Translations under genes and position numbers: made by a program
In this document: positions 1-8,153 of the stretch, one piece after another
Position numbering within the stretch: the first letter of the stretch is position 1
How the letters are laid out: the number at the start of each line of letters is the position of its first letter
IMG/VR virus record: IMGVR_UViG_3300038415_000014
Location: 1 to 64,000 of that record
Strand: one strand, 5' to 3'
Source of the DNA: a virus
Length of the DNA: 64,000 bases
The notes under the pieces: model-generated
Seen by the model: only the letters and a program-made list of their open reading frames with translations
Database searches by the model: none
What the model was told of the DNA's origin: nothing

Positions 1-300
1 TAAAGAGGACAACTCGGAAACCGGCATCTTCCCCCTTGGACCCGTGATCACCCCTCGTTCGATGGGCCAAGACTTCGGAGTCGCGAGAAGATTGATATCA
101 CGCCCGCGAACAAAGGCATCCGCGATGGCCAAGGAGACACCCTTTTGCAGGCCGGTTGCATCTTGGATGCTGTCACCAACCCGCTCCGCCTTATGCTGTT
201 TGGTCTCTTTTGGCTTGTACTTGAACGACATGAGGTCTGAAGACACCGCTTGGTATCTGCTGGATACTCTTCGGATAAGGGCTAGATGATCACCGAGCAT
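1..300 (-). CDS. Hypothetical protein (partial, runs off left edge) with N-terminal RVxxRY tag
   Basis: Not in the ORF track. Manual translation from ATG at 300 gives MLGDHLALIRRVSSRYQAVSSDLMSFKYKPKETKQHKAERVGDSIQDATGLQKGVSLAIADAFVRGRD..., open to position 1. It starts 2 nt after the stop of 303..617. Confidence 0.8.
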   Translation of the reverse strand, partial: MLGDHLALIRRVSSRYQAVSSDLMSFKYKPKETKQHKAERVGDSIQDATGLQKGVSLAIADAFVRGRDINLLATPKSWPIERGVITGPRGKMPVSELSSL

Positions 301-302
301 AC

Positions 303-617
303 TCAGATCACGACCCCTAGTTCTCCGAAGTCCTCAATCACTTTCATCAAGGTGTCAGCATCCTGCACATCAGGTCTGATGATCTGCCTCAGATCTCGGT
401 CGTGAACAACGTTACGCTCAATAACCTTGAAGTCGCGAAGCAAGTCATCTACCCCAGCCAAGTCATCAGATACAGCCTGAAGGAGGTTATCCTTCTCACG
501 CCTCCAAGCTATCAACTTCGACTCGATGTCCTCCGGAAGAGACATCGCGACCTTGTACCTGGAGGCTATTCGACTTACGACCAAGGCGTTTTCAAACTCT
601 TGCAGTAGGTTTGTCAT
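303..617 (-). CDS. Hypothetical protein, 104 aa, N-terminal tag (QEFENALVVSRIASRY)
   Basis: Tiles with neighbours (4-nt overlap with 614..856) and carries the shared motif. Confidence 0.8.
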   Translation of the reverse strand: MTNLLQEFENALVVSRIASRYKVAMSLPEDIESKLIAWRREKDNLLQAVSDDLAGVDDLLRDFKVIERNVVHDRDLRQIIRPDVQDADTLMKVIEDFGELGVVI

Positions 618-856
618 CGTTCACTCACAAATCTAGAAGCAATCCTCTGAACCATCAAAGCATTGTAAAATCCGAATATTGGACGAGCTGCCGCTTCCCT
701 TTTAAGGTACTCATCAGTCGGCTTATGACAACTCGGAGATCCAGGGTTCTTGTACTTACAGTAAATACTCCAAGCTGTTGCCCATGCCTGCTCGTCAGAG
801 TAGGTGGGGTTACTGTCTTTCACCTCTCTATAGTACTTATCCACTGGACTGGGCAT
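614..856 (-). CDS. Hypothetical protein, 80 aa, weakly ChaB-like, C-terminal tag (FYNALMVQRIASRF)
   Basis: ATG at 856 (MPSPVDKYY) preferred over the track's GTG at 880. YYREVKDSNPTYSDEQAWATAWSIY resembles the ChaB 'Y...EE.A...AW' pattern (weak). Confidence 0.7.
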   Translation of the reverse strand: MPSPVDKYYREVKDSNPTYSDEQAWATAWSIYCKYKNPGSPSCHKPTDEYLKREAAARPIFGFYNALMVQRIASRFVSER

Positions 857-1352
857 AATTAACTCCTGACCCTGTACCAACTATAAGAGCTTTCTTACGA
901 GCCCTCCACTCCTTCATATACTTACGGAAAGCCACCCGACAAGGTTCACAAGGAGCCTCTTTTCTCTCCCGGTGTCTGGCATAACCAGAATAGGTACCAG
1001 CACCGCATTCTGGGGATGTGGGTAGTCGGTTCTTTACTTTACAATCACGGAGCACGGTTTCAAATTGCTTCAATCTTCGAGGACTTAGCCTAGACTTGAA
1101 TAACTCAAGTAACCTCTCTATATTCCTCCGATCCCCAGATCTCCATCTCCACTTTTTCTTCCAAGTTGGATGGCTCTTAGGTGGGGGAAACGGTCCGTCC
1201 AAACTCCCAAACCCAATAATCTGGTGGAAAGCTCTAACGGGCTCCGGATCGGTCATTGTTATACATGCAAAAGCGTGTTTTCTAGGGTTAAGAAATACAG
1301 ACCCCTCACCCTCAAATAAACCACAAGCCCATGCAATATCCGATTCGGTCAT
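837..1352 (-). mobile_element. Free-standing single-motif LAGLIDADG homing endonuclease with C-terminal Cys/His (Zn-finger-like) extension
   Basis: IAWACGLFEGEGS LAGLIDADG helix, ITMTD strand, and C-terminal CGAGTYSGYARH...PCEPC. Confidence 0.8.
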
Positions 1353-1401
1353 GCTATGGGTGTACTACAAGTAAGTTATTGAGTAGCGCTAACGAGTACA
1401 A

Positions 1402-1479
1402 TCACCTAATGGACTTAGCACGAGCGGCAACCCTTGAGGCAAGTACTGCGTCTTCGAACTCTTGAATAGGATCTCTCAT
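1402..1479 (-). CDS. 25-aa micro-protein MRDPIQEFEDAVLASRVAARAKSIR (tag-only peptide)
   Basis: Manual translation: ATG at 1479 (2 nt after the TAG of 1482..2786), TGA at 1402-1404. Aligns with the N-terminus of 303..617. Confidence 0.65.
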   Translation of the reverse strand: MRDPIQEFEDAVLASRVAARAKSIR

Positions 1480-1481
1480 GG

Positions 1482-2786
1482 CTAACCTCTGTACCTCTTG
1501 ACCACTCGCGAGATGATATCGAGTGAGGCAACCTTCTCAGATCCCTCCCCGTCTTTCTTCTTGACGAACCAGATCTCATCGACTTCGGACAAGTCGACCT
1601 TCACTACATTGCCGTCACCCTCTACAGATCCATCGTCAGAAGGCTCTTCCTCTTCGTCGTCTTCAGAGGGCTCCTCATCAGTAGACCATTCGTCTTCGTC
1701 GTCCTCTTCATCCAAGTAACCTAACGAGCTTTCGAGGGCATCGTCATCGAAGTTATCCAGCTCCTTGGCTACCGAGGCCGTGATGAAGTTTCCAAACACC
1801 TCATCAGTATCTGGGTCACCACCCTCGGACGCTTCCTCGGCGTAACGGAACAACATGACCTGAGCGTTACCAGTTGACGCCAAGTGTGACATCAACCCCT
1901 CAACCCCATGACCAATGTGACCAAGCTCATCTAGAACATGAAGGTGACCCATAGCCCGAGAAACAGCCTTCAAAGCCACGTGACGTGACATTCCTTTGAC
2001 GAGGGCTCCTGCAGCTGCTAGGGGTCCGCTAGATGTGAGGGCGGCTGCCGTGATGCCAATAGCTAGGTGGACTGCAACAGACTTGACAGCCTTCTTCTGC
2101 TCGGAGGTCATCTTATTACCCCGAATAGCAGAAGCTATCCCTTTGCTAGCCGTCTTGTACTCATGAACCTCGTGCTTGACGGTATTAACCACTCCCTTAG
2201 CGAGTTTTTCCGGGGCTTTGACTAAAGCCTCATGGACCCCCATGAGTGTCTTGCGTCGGAACCCTTCATCCTCGATGAATCTCTTGACCTCTTTTGGGGC
2301 CTTTGCTACGAAGTCCTGGGCTTTCTTTCCGAGCCCCTTCAGGCGGTCCGCCCAACTCTTCTTTGGCGGCCCCCCCTCAGCAGGCTTCCCCCCCTTGGGC
2401 TCCTCTCTCTTGCCCTCTGGTGCAGACTCAGCAGGCTTCTCCCCCTTGGGAGCGCCAGACCCCTTCTCTTTTTCTTGGGTCTTGGACATCCACTGATTAA
2501 ACGCCTCGAAGGCCTTGTCTCTAAAGTGGGGGTTCTTGAGGGCAGTGCTGAATGAGACTTGGGGATGACGTTGCCGCGACAGAGGATCGGGATTCGGATT
2601 GGGGACCATCTTCTTCCCGCCATCTTGAGTAGTGTCAAGCCACTCCTTCCAACGAGGCGGGGGTCTCCCAGGGCGTTGCTTCTCTTCAGATTCGTCGCTT
2701 AAAGCAACTTTCTGGAACCGTGTGGCTACACGGAGGCTCAGTACTTGGTCACTGGCCGAGTTCGCGTTGTGGATTCTGTATGACAT
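1482..2786 (-). CDS. Hypothetical protein, 434 aa, tags at both termini, acidic C-terminal tract (possible internal virion protein)
   Basis: LSLRVATRF near the N-terminus and IISRVVKRYRG at the C-terminus. K/E/G/P-rich linker, hydrophobic Ala-rich segment and D/E tract. Confidence 0.85.
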   Translation of the reverse strand: MSYRIHNANSASDQVLSLRVATRFQKVALSDESEEKQRPGRPPPRWKEWLDTTQDGGKKMVPNPNPDPLSRQRHPQVSFSTALKNPHFRDKAFEAFNQWMSKTQEKEKGSGAPKGEKPAESAPEGKREEPKGGKPAEGGPPKKSWADRLKGLGKKAQDFVAKAPKEVKRFIEDEGFRRKTLMGVHEALVKAPEKLAKGVVNTVKHEVHEYKTASKGIASAIRGNKMTSEQKKAVKSVAVHLAIGITAAALTSSGPLAAAGALVKGMSRHVALKAVSRAMGHLHVLDELGHIGHGVEGLMSHLASTGNAQVMLFRYAEEASEGGDPDTDEVFGNFITASVAKELDNFDDDALESSLGYLDEEDDEDEWSTDEEPSEDDEEEEPSDDGSVEGDGNVVKVDLSEVDEIWFVKKKDGEGSEKVASLDIISRVVKRYRG

Positions 2787-2812
2787 CCAGCCATACGCGA
2801 GCTATCAAAGGA

Positions 2813-4066
2813 TCAAGCTGATGCCTGCTCCTCGCGTAGGGTCAGCAACCCAATACCAGTAGTTACAGTTTCTTCAGTGATTGTGATTGCCTCAAGTGAG
2901 GTATTACTAGGTGCGTCGAATGACAGTTGTTTCAAAGCACCTTCCACAATTGACCTCAGCGCCCGCGCTCCGGTTGGGCGCTTCTTGGCTTCCACAGCAA
3001 TTTTTCGCAAAGCTCCCTCAGTGAAGTCCAACCTGAAGTGGTCAATCTCGAATAGACGCTTCACTTGGCGGATGATACTATTCTTGGGTTCTGTTAGAAC
3101 TCGAATCATCTCATCCTCAGTCAATTCCAAGGTACTTGTCAGGATCGGCATACGCCCCAACATCTCTGGGATGATCCCAAATTCAAGAACATCATCCTCA
3201 GTCACTGCCTTATAGGCATCTGTTAGGTTGAACTTCTGTTTGGCCTCAGCACCAAAGCCAATTGATGATAACTTGTTGATACGCCTCTCGACGAGAGGCT
3301 TGATACCATCAAAAGATCCAGCTCCTACAAACAGGATGTTCGTAGTATCAACGAGGTCAATGGCTTGCACCAAACCCCCACCCATCTTGTTGATCCCCCG
3401 CGGGACCCGCGCTCTGGTCCCTTCGAGTAGCTTTAGAAGAGCTTGCTGAACCCCTTCACCGGATACATCACGATAGCCGGCGCGGTCGCGCCCACTACCG
3501 CGAGCGATCTTGTCAATCTCGTCAATGAGACAAATCCCCCATTGAGCCCGATCGACATCACCATCAGCATCGAGTATGAGCCCTTGGATCAAGCTCTCGA
3601 CGTCATCCCCAACATACCCAGCCTGGGTCAGAGTCGTGGCATCCCCAACATGGAAGGGGACCCTCAACATCTTGGCTAACGTGCGGAATATATGGGTCTT
3701 TCCCGTACCAGATGGCCCCAACAACAGGATATTACTCTTGTCTAGTTCGATCTCATCCGGGAAGTCCTCTTTCTTGAGCCCCCTCCTCTTATAGTGGTTG
3801 TAAACCGCCGTAGATATTGCTATCTTGGCTGACTCTTGTCCAATCACATATTCATCGAGATGGGTCTTGATCTCGTGGGGTTTTGGAATTACCTCGGGCT
3901 CTAGCTCTTTGATTACGCCAGCTTCCTTTGCCTCATCAAAGGAGTTGTTGCACCGGTCAGTGCACGCACGACAAATAAAAGGCCCATCATCCGTGGCAGC
4001 TATCAGATGGCCAACGATGTTGGTTGGCTTATCGCAAAAGCTGCAACGGTTAAATTCTGCTGGCAT
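2813..4066 (-). CDS. clpX: ATP-dependent Clp protease ATP-binding subunit ClpX
   Basis: C4 zinc-binding domain (CSFC...ICRAC), Walker [13 protein letters not shown] pore loop, Walker [29 protein letters not shown] loop (SIGFG), [10 protein letters not shown]. Confidence 0.97.
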   Translation of the reverse strand: MPAEFNRCSFCDKPTNIVGHLIAATDDGPFICRACTDRCNNSFDEAKEAGVIKELEPEVIPKPHEIKTHLDEYVIGQESAKIAISTAVYNHYKRRGLKKEDFPDEIELDKSNILLLGPSGTGKTHIFRTLAKMLRVPFHVGDATTLTQAGYVGDDVESLIQGLILDADGDVDRAQWGICLIDEIDKIARGSGRDRAGYRDVSGEGVQQALLKLLEGTRARVPRGINKMGGGLVQAIDLVDTTNILFVGAGSFDGIKPLVERRINKLSSIGFGAEAKQKFNLTDAYKAVTEDDVLEFGIIPEMLGRMPILTSTLELTEDEMIRVLTEPKNSIIRQVKRLFEIDHFRLDFTEGALRKIAVEAKKRPTGARALRSIVEGALKQLSFDAPSNTSLEAITITEETVTTGIGLLTLREEQASA

Positions 4067-4373
4067 AGAGGCGAGATACTACACCAGGGAGAGCCACTAA
4101 ATCAAGGATGGCTCTCAGATCCACAATAAATCTGTGCGCTACTCTGACTTCGATCCCTTGACCTGTCGGTTGAAAAGCCGCACTCTTGTGCTTGAAGTAC
4201 TCAACCTGGCGGAGGCGCTCCTCGGCCTTCTCCTTGGAAGGGTAACACCCGCCATTCCAATCAGGGTTGTCTGGGCTTCGAACGCAATACTCGCCCTTCT
4301 CTTTGCGGATGACCGCAGTCACCTCGTTCGAGAAGATGTAGCGCTCCATTACCCTGAGTACGATTGGGTCCAT
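4050..4373 (-). CDS. Hypothetical protein, 107 aa, two tags flanking a small Cys-containing domain
   Basis: IVLRVMERY (N-terminal) and IEVRVAHRF (C-terminal part). Core is [12 protein letters not shown]...[23 protein letters not shown]. Confidence 0.75.
   Translation of the reverse strand: MDPIVLRVMERYIFSNEVTAVIRKEKGEYCVRSPDNPDWNGGCYPSKEKAEERLRQVEYFKHKSAAFQPTGQGIEVRVAHRFIVDLRAILDLVALPGVVSRLYASRI
4080..4085 (-). promoter_or_regulatory. GGTGTA upstream element (clpX)
   Basis: CTGGTGTAGTATC, 13 nt before the ATG. Confidence 0.5.
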
Positions 4374-4374
4374 A

Positions 4375-4647
4375 CTACTTTTTCTGACTTAGGTATTCGT
4401 CACCTGCTGAAGTCCTATGATAAGTAGGGTTACTGTATGTAACGACCTTACTTTGGCTCTCTGCAAAACCAAGCTCTACAAGCTTCTTAATGGGTGCTAG
4501 ATCAGGATTAACCCTAGCTGGTAGCTCTTTTAGGAGAGAAAGTTGTGCTGGAGTTAGTTTAACCCTTGTGGATCCAGTTAGGTACCTATTGACCAGTTCT
4601 TGGCGGAACAAGTACCGGGCAACAACGTTCTTCGTGATTTGGTCCAT
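4375..4647 (-). CDS. Hypothetical protein, about 90 aa, N-terminal tag, winged-helix-like C-terminus
   Basis: ITKNVVARY tag. LVELGFAE...YHRTSAGDEYL resembles a wHTH wing (weak). Confidence 0.7.
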   Translation of the reverse strand: MDQITKNVVARYLFRQELVNRYLTGSTRVKLTPAQLSLLKELPARVNPDLAPIKKLVELGFAESQSKVVTYSNPTYHRTSAGDEYLSQKK

Positions 4648-4649
4648 GA

Positions 4650-5411
4650 TCAAACCTCAGCGTAAACGATGCAGTCCTCGTTCCACTTGAGTCCTTTACA
4701 GTGGACCTTGCCCGTCTTCTCGATGATGCAAACCCCACCTTCACCAAAGTCATTCGGGCATTCATACCCATGTCGGTTGGACACAATGAGGGTAACCTTG
4801 TTGTCCTCAACGAAGTCCATCCAACTGGTAGCTGGGAACCCACTATCACCCCAGTTAGCACTCAGGGCTACGATGTCCGCGTCCCCAGGCTCGTAGAAGC
4901 TAGTCCACTTGTCGTCCTTCTTATCTCTGACATCGCGACAGATGAGAAGCCCCACCCGCTTGTCCTCGAACTGACACTTGATGATCGGTGGGTTGGACAT
5001 CCCATGAGAGGCCCACAGGTAATCGTTACCGAAGAAGTTGATCTTGCGATAACTAGTGTAGTACCCACTGGGCTCAATATAGAGTTGTGCGTTATAGAGC
5101 TTGTTGGTCCCCGTGTCCAACTCAACGAACCCAGCTACGATGCAGACATCAAGCTGGCGTGACAGCGTACTATACACGTAGAGATCTGACTCAGTGTCAA
5201 TCCCATCCATGTCATCCAGCCAATGAGGGCTCTCAGCAAATGGGCGAGCTTCGTCCTCATCCATGAGTGTGTAGCCCACCGAGGCTAGCTCTGGAAGAAC
5301 AATCAGCTTGGCCCCATTGTGAGCCGCCTCAATGACAAGCTTCGCCAACCGCATGAGGTTGTTGCGCTTGTCCTTTAGTACTGGACAGAACTGGACAGCC
5401 GCGACCTTCAT
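4650..5411 (-). CDS. Carbon-nitrogen hydrolase (nitrilase superfamily)
   Basis: MKVAAVQF start and Glu-Lys-Cys triad in LIVLPEL / YRKINF / GLLICRD, plus IVSNRHG and GGVCII. Confidence 0.93.
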   Translation of the reverse strand: MKVAAVQFCPVLKDKRNNLMRLAKLVIEAAHNGAKLIVLPELASVGYTLMDEDEARPFAESPHWLDDMDGIDTESDLYVYSTLSRQLDVCIVAGFVELDTGTNKLYNAQLYIEPSGYYTSYRKINFFGNDYLWASHGMSNPPIIKCQFEDKRVGLLICRDVRDKKDDKWTSFYEPGDADIVALSANWGDSGFPATSWMDFVEDNKVTLIVSNRHGYECPNDFGEGGVCIIEKTGKVHCKGLKWNEDCIVYAEV

Positions 5412-5995
5412 CAGCCGAAAGCTCCTAACTCAATAGGCTTACTACCATCAAAGGGGATCAGAGTATCCTTGAGCCGAAGTCGGTCAGCACCCCACCTACG
5501 AGTGGCAATCTTCACAGCCCCAGTCTTGAGCTTTGACTCGATGGAGTCCGGGATCTTGACAGAGAACTTAGTCTCAATCCAACGAAGCTCTGAGGCTATT
5601 GTGCTCTGAAGGGTTTCGTTAAACCCAGTCACCATTTTCACCATATGATTGGCTAATTTTGGGTCACTATCAGGGTAGGTCTTGTTGTTAACAGGATGCC
5701 AGTTCGGATGAATGATGATACCTTCTGGAGTTGTGTCAGTTGCTGCTCGATAAGCCCTCTTGGCCGGGTTGAAGGGCAGGATGGCGAACGACCACAGGTT
5801 GATTCCCATTAGTGAGCTGTTGAGGGCAATGTTCTTAGGAGGGTCCCACCAACCATTGCGCTTCGGGAACTTGGTCAGCTCTCTATCCAGCACACTAAAC
5901 ACAGACTCGATGTCTGCCTTCTTGGCGTAGGCATACCGATAAGTTACGTTCTGAGTGATCAGAGCGTCTTCATACTCAATCAACAGATCATCCAT
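5411..5995 (-). CDS. Hypothetical protein, about 194 aa, N-terminal tag (IEYEDALITQNVTYRY)
   Basis: ATG at 5995 follows a GAGGT SD. The N-terminus aligns with 303..617 and 1402..1479. Confidence 0.8.
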   Translation of the reverse strand: MDDLLIEYEDALITQNVTYRYAYAKKADIESVFSVLDRELTKFPKRNGWWDPPKNIALNSSLMGINLWSFAILPFNPAKRAYRAATDTTPEGIIIHPNWHPVNNKTYPDSDPKLANHMVKMVTGFNETLQSTIASELRWIETKFSVKIPDSIESKLKTGAVKIATRRWGADRLRLKDTLIPFDGSKPIELGAFG

Positions 5996-6007
5996 GGCAT
6001 ACCTCAC

Positions 6008-7723
6008 CTAAACAATTGAGAACTTGGCAGACAACTCAGACTTCAAGTCAGCCCACATCGAGTTCTGAACCTCTCCGCGCCGACCCATCATCTTCTTTCG
6101 GATGTTACTCAACTGAGTTGGGGCAAGGCTTCGAATCCTACCTTCCTTCCAACGAGTAAAGATGTCCAAACAGAAGTCTTTTTCTAGGCCGTTTTTGCTG
6201 GAGTACAGCTTGAAGGTCGCTTGGACATCAAAGTCCAAGTCCTGACTCATCTTCTCGAAGACACGCATACCACTAGTGGCCCTGACTAAAGCGGCGACCT
6301 CGTCGACCTCTTCTTCAACCAGGGCTAGGACCCTCTTGTCCTTGACAGATACTAGTCTCCCAAACTCGTCTACCGTGTCCTTGCCAAGCAAATCAGAGTC
6401 TAAGATGGAATCATCCGCGGCTCGTAGCATGGATACCTTGACGCCAGCGATGTCCCGTATGGAATTCAACTTGTAAAGTTCTTCAATTATGGTGGGTACC
6501 CTACGAATGTCCCCAGTAGCTACCTGATTTACGAATGCACAGACCTGGGCTGCCGCATGCTGGTCAGCATCATCTGAGTTGGTCAGGTCTGGGTAAAAGT
6601 CTAGGTTCAGAGCATTGGCCAGAGCCGAGGACCCGTCCTGAATCAATTCAATGAAGTGATCACCCTCAAGTGCATCCCGTACAATGGTGACCTGAGAATC
6701 GAAAAATCCCTTCTGCTTCTCGATACCAGTCTCGATGATGCCCCTTAAGTGACGATAGGGGCTTGCTGTCTCAAGCTCAAAACGATAGTCCGCATTGATC
6801 TGAGCTTTGCCAGCGTCACACTTCTTAACTACGATAGCCAATAGGCTATCGCGCTTCTGGGACGCGGACTCCCAAGAACGAGAGATAACCTCCTTGGCTG
6901 GACCAAATTGAGCTACCTTGTTGAGAAGCCCAAGATACTTGTCCAGAACCTTGAACCTATCCTCCGTCTTGCGCTTGGCCATGATGGCCGACACGACTGC
7001 TGCCAAGCCCTTGCCTGCCACCTGCTGCTTTGCCTGGATGGGCTTTAGAAACTTGATGACCTCGTAAATAGCAATGAGGGCTTGCTGAGAGGCTTGGATG
7101 GTGGCGTTCTTCACCCCAAGGTGGCTACAGATATGGAGCACCTCTTTCAAGGATTCCATGTAGTCCTTCGGGTCGAGGTCTGATTCACCACCAGCAATAC
7201 TGGTAATGATCCTTCTAACTTTGCTCTCAGTCTGGAAGACACCCTCAACACTCTCTAGGGTTTCTCCCTCTGATACCTCGCCGCGCTCTTTCTTCTTGAG
7301 GAGATTGAGCTGGGCTACCAGCTTCTTTCTTAGGATCTCAGGCCCTTCGTAGCCATCAATCTGCAAGTAGTTGTAGATACACTCGCTTCCAACCGTTAAT
7401 GGCTTGCCCGTGATTCGATTCTTGATTGGGAAACGATACTTGATAGGAGTCTTGTCACAAAGCTCGCAGGAACCACCCTCACACTTGTAGGGGAGGCCGT
7501 TGTCCTCCCACTCCATCATCGCTTCTTCGATGTCCGGGGACGAGGAGTTCTTTAGGAGGCGCTCTCTGATCTTAGGCCAGTAGGCGCTACTTCGACCCCT
7601 ACTCCCAATCGCTTGCCCGTTGTCTAAGTCCTTTATTGCATCAAGAACCTCAGACTCATCGTCAAGGCCTTCGACGTCGATAGGCGCCTTCCTTCTTTTG
7701 GAAACTGCATAAATCCAAAACAC
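6008..7723 (-). CDS. Hypothetical protein, about 571 aa, with N-terminal Zn-binding motif (CELC...VGSEC)
   Basis: GTG at 7723 lies 7 nt after AAGGAG. Contains CEGGSCELCDKTPIKYRFPIKNRITGKPLTVGSECIYNY; the remainder looks helical. Confidence 0.8.
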   Translation of the reverse strand: MFWIYAVSKRRKAPIDVEGLDDESEVLDAIKDLDNGQAIGSRGRSSAYWPKIRERLLKNSSSPDIEEAMMEWEDNGLPYKCEGGSCELCDKTPIKYRFPIKNRITGKPLTVGSECIYNYLQIDGYEGPEILRKKLVAQLNLLKKKERGEVSEGETLESVEGVFQTESKVRRIITSIAGGESDLDPKDYMESLKEVLHICSHLGVKNATIQASQQALIAIYEVIKFLKPIQAKQQVAGKGLAAVVSAIMAKRKTEDRFKVLDKYLGLLNKVAQFGPAKEVISRSWESASQKRDSLLAIVVKKCDAGKAQINADYRFELETASPYRHLRGIIETGIEKQKGFFDSQVTIVRDALEGDHFIELIQDGSSALANALNLDFYPDLTNSDDADQHAAAQVCAFVNQVATGDIRRVPTIIEELYKLNSIRDIAGVKVSMLRAADDSILDSDLLGKDTVDEFGRLVSVKDKRVLALVEEEVDEVAALVRATSGMRVFEKMSQDLDFDVQATFKLYSSKNGLEKDFCLDIFTRWKEGRIRSLAPTQLSNIRKKMMGRRGEVQNSMWADLKSELSAKFSIV

Positions 7724-7797
7724 GAGGACTCTCCTTGGACCCGTTACCCCTGACCAGCGAGCGCCAGAGATTACTACCAAGGACAGCCAATAAGAGA

Positions 7798-8151
7798 TTA
7801 CTCAAACTGACGAGCCCAATAGGGATCTTTGTTCCCTCTGAACATCCTCTGTGTTCTTGGCGCAGCTTGCATGAGAGAGATTGGTACCTTGGCGGTCTTA
7901 TTCGGCATTCGAACCAAGAAACCATCTTGATGCTTGCCAACTACGCCACGCCCACTCACGAGTAGTGCATCAAGCAATGGAGAGACATCCTTGTTGATGT
8001 TGAAGCGGCAAAACTCAATAATCCCAAGTTGGAACCTATCGAATACCTCGATATTCGAGAACATGAAGTCAATCAAAGTTGCTACCTCGATGACGTCCTT
8101 GATTAAATAGCGATCAGACTGCCCCTGAGTACCCACTGCGAAGTAGCCCAT
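7798..8151 (-). CDS. Hypothetical protein, about 117 aa
   Basis: ATG at 8151, 2 nt after the TAA of the upstream gene; fills the gap between neighbours. Confidence 0.65.
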   Translation of the reverse strand: MGYFAVGTQGQSDRYLIKDVIEVATLIDFMFSNIEVFDRFQLGIIEFCRFNINKDVSPLLDALLVSGRGVVGKHQDGFLVRMPNKTAKVPISLMQAAPRTQRMFRGNKDPYWARQFE

Positions 8152-8153
8152 AA

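Noticed and set aside
837-1479. Group I intron around the LAGLIDADG ORF joining the micro-ORF to 614..856
   Set aside because: Only 49 nt lie upstream and the nuclease overlaps the downstream gene, leaving no room for a ribozyme core; no P7-like elements were recognised.
1600-1760. TCN/TCGTC-rich tract resembling a microsatellite
   Set aside because: It is the reverse complement of the Asp/Glu-rich coding tract of 1482..2786.
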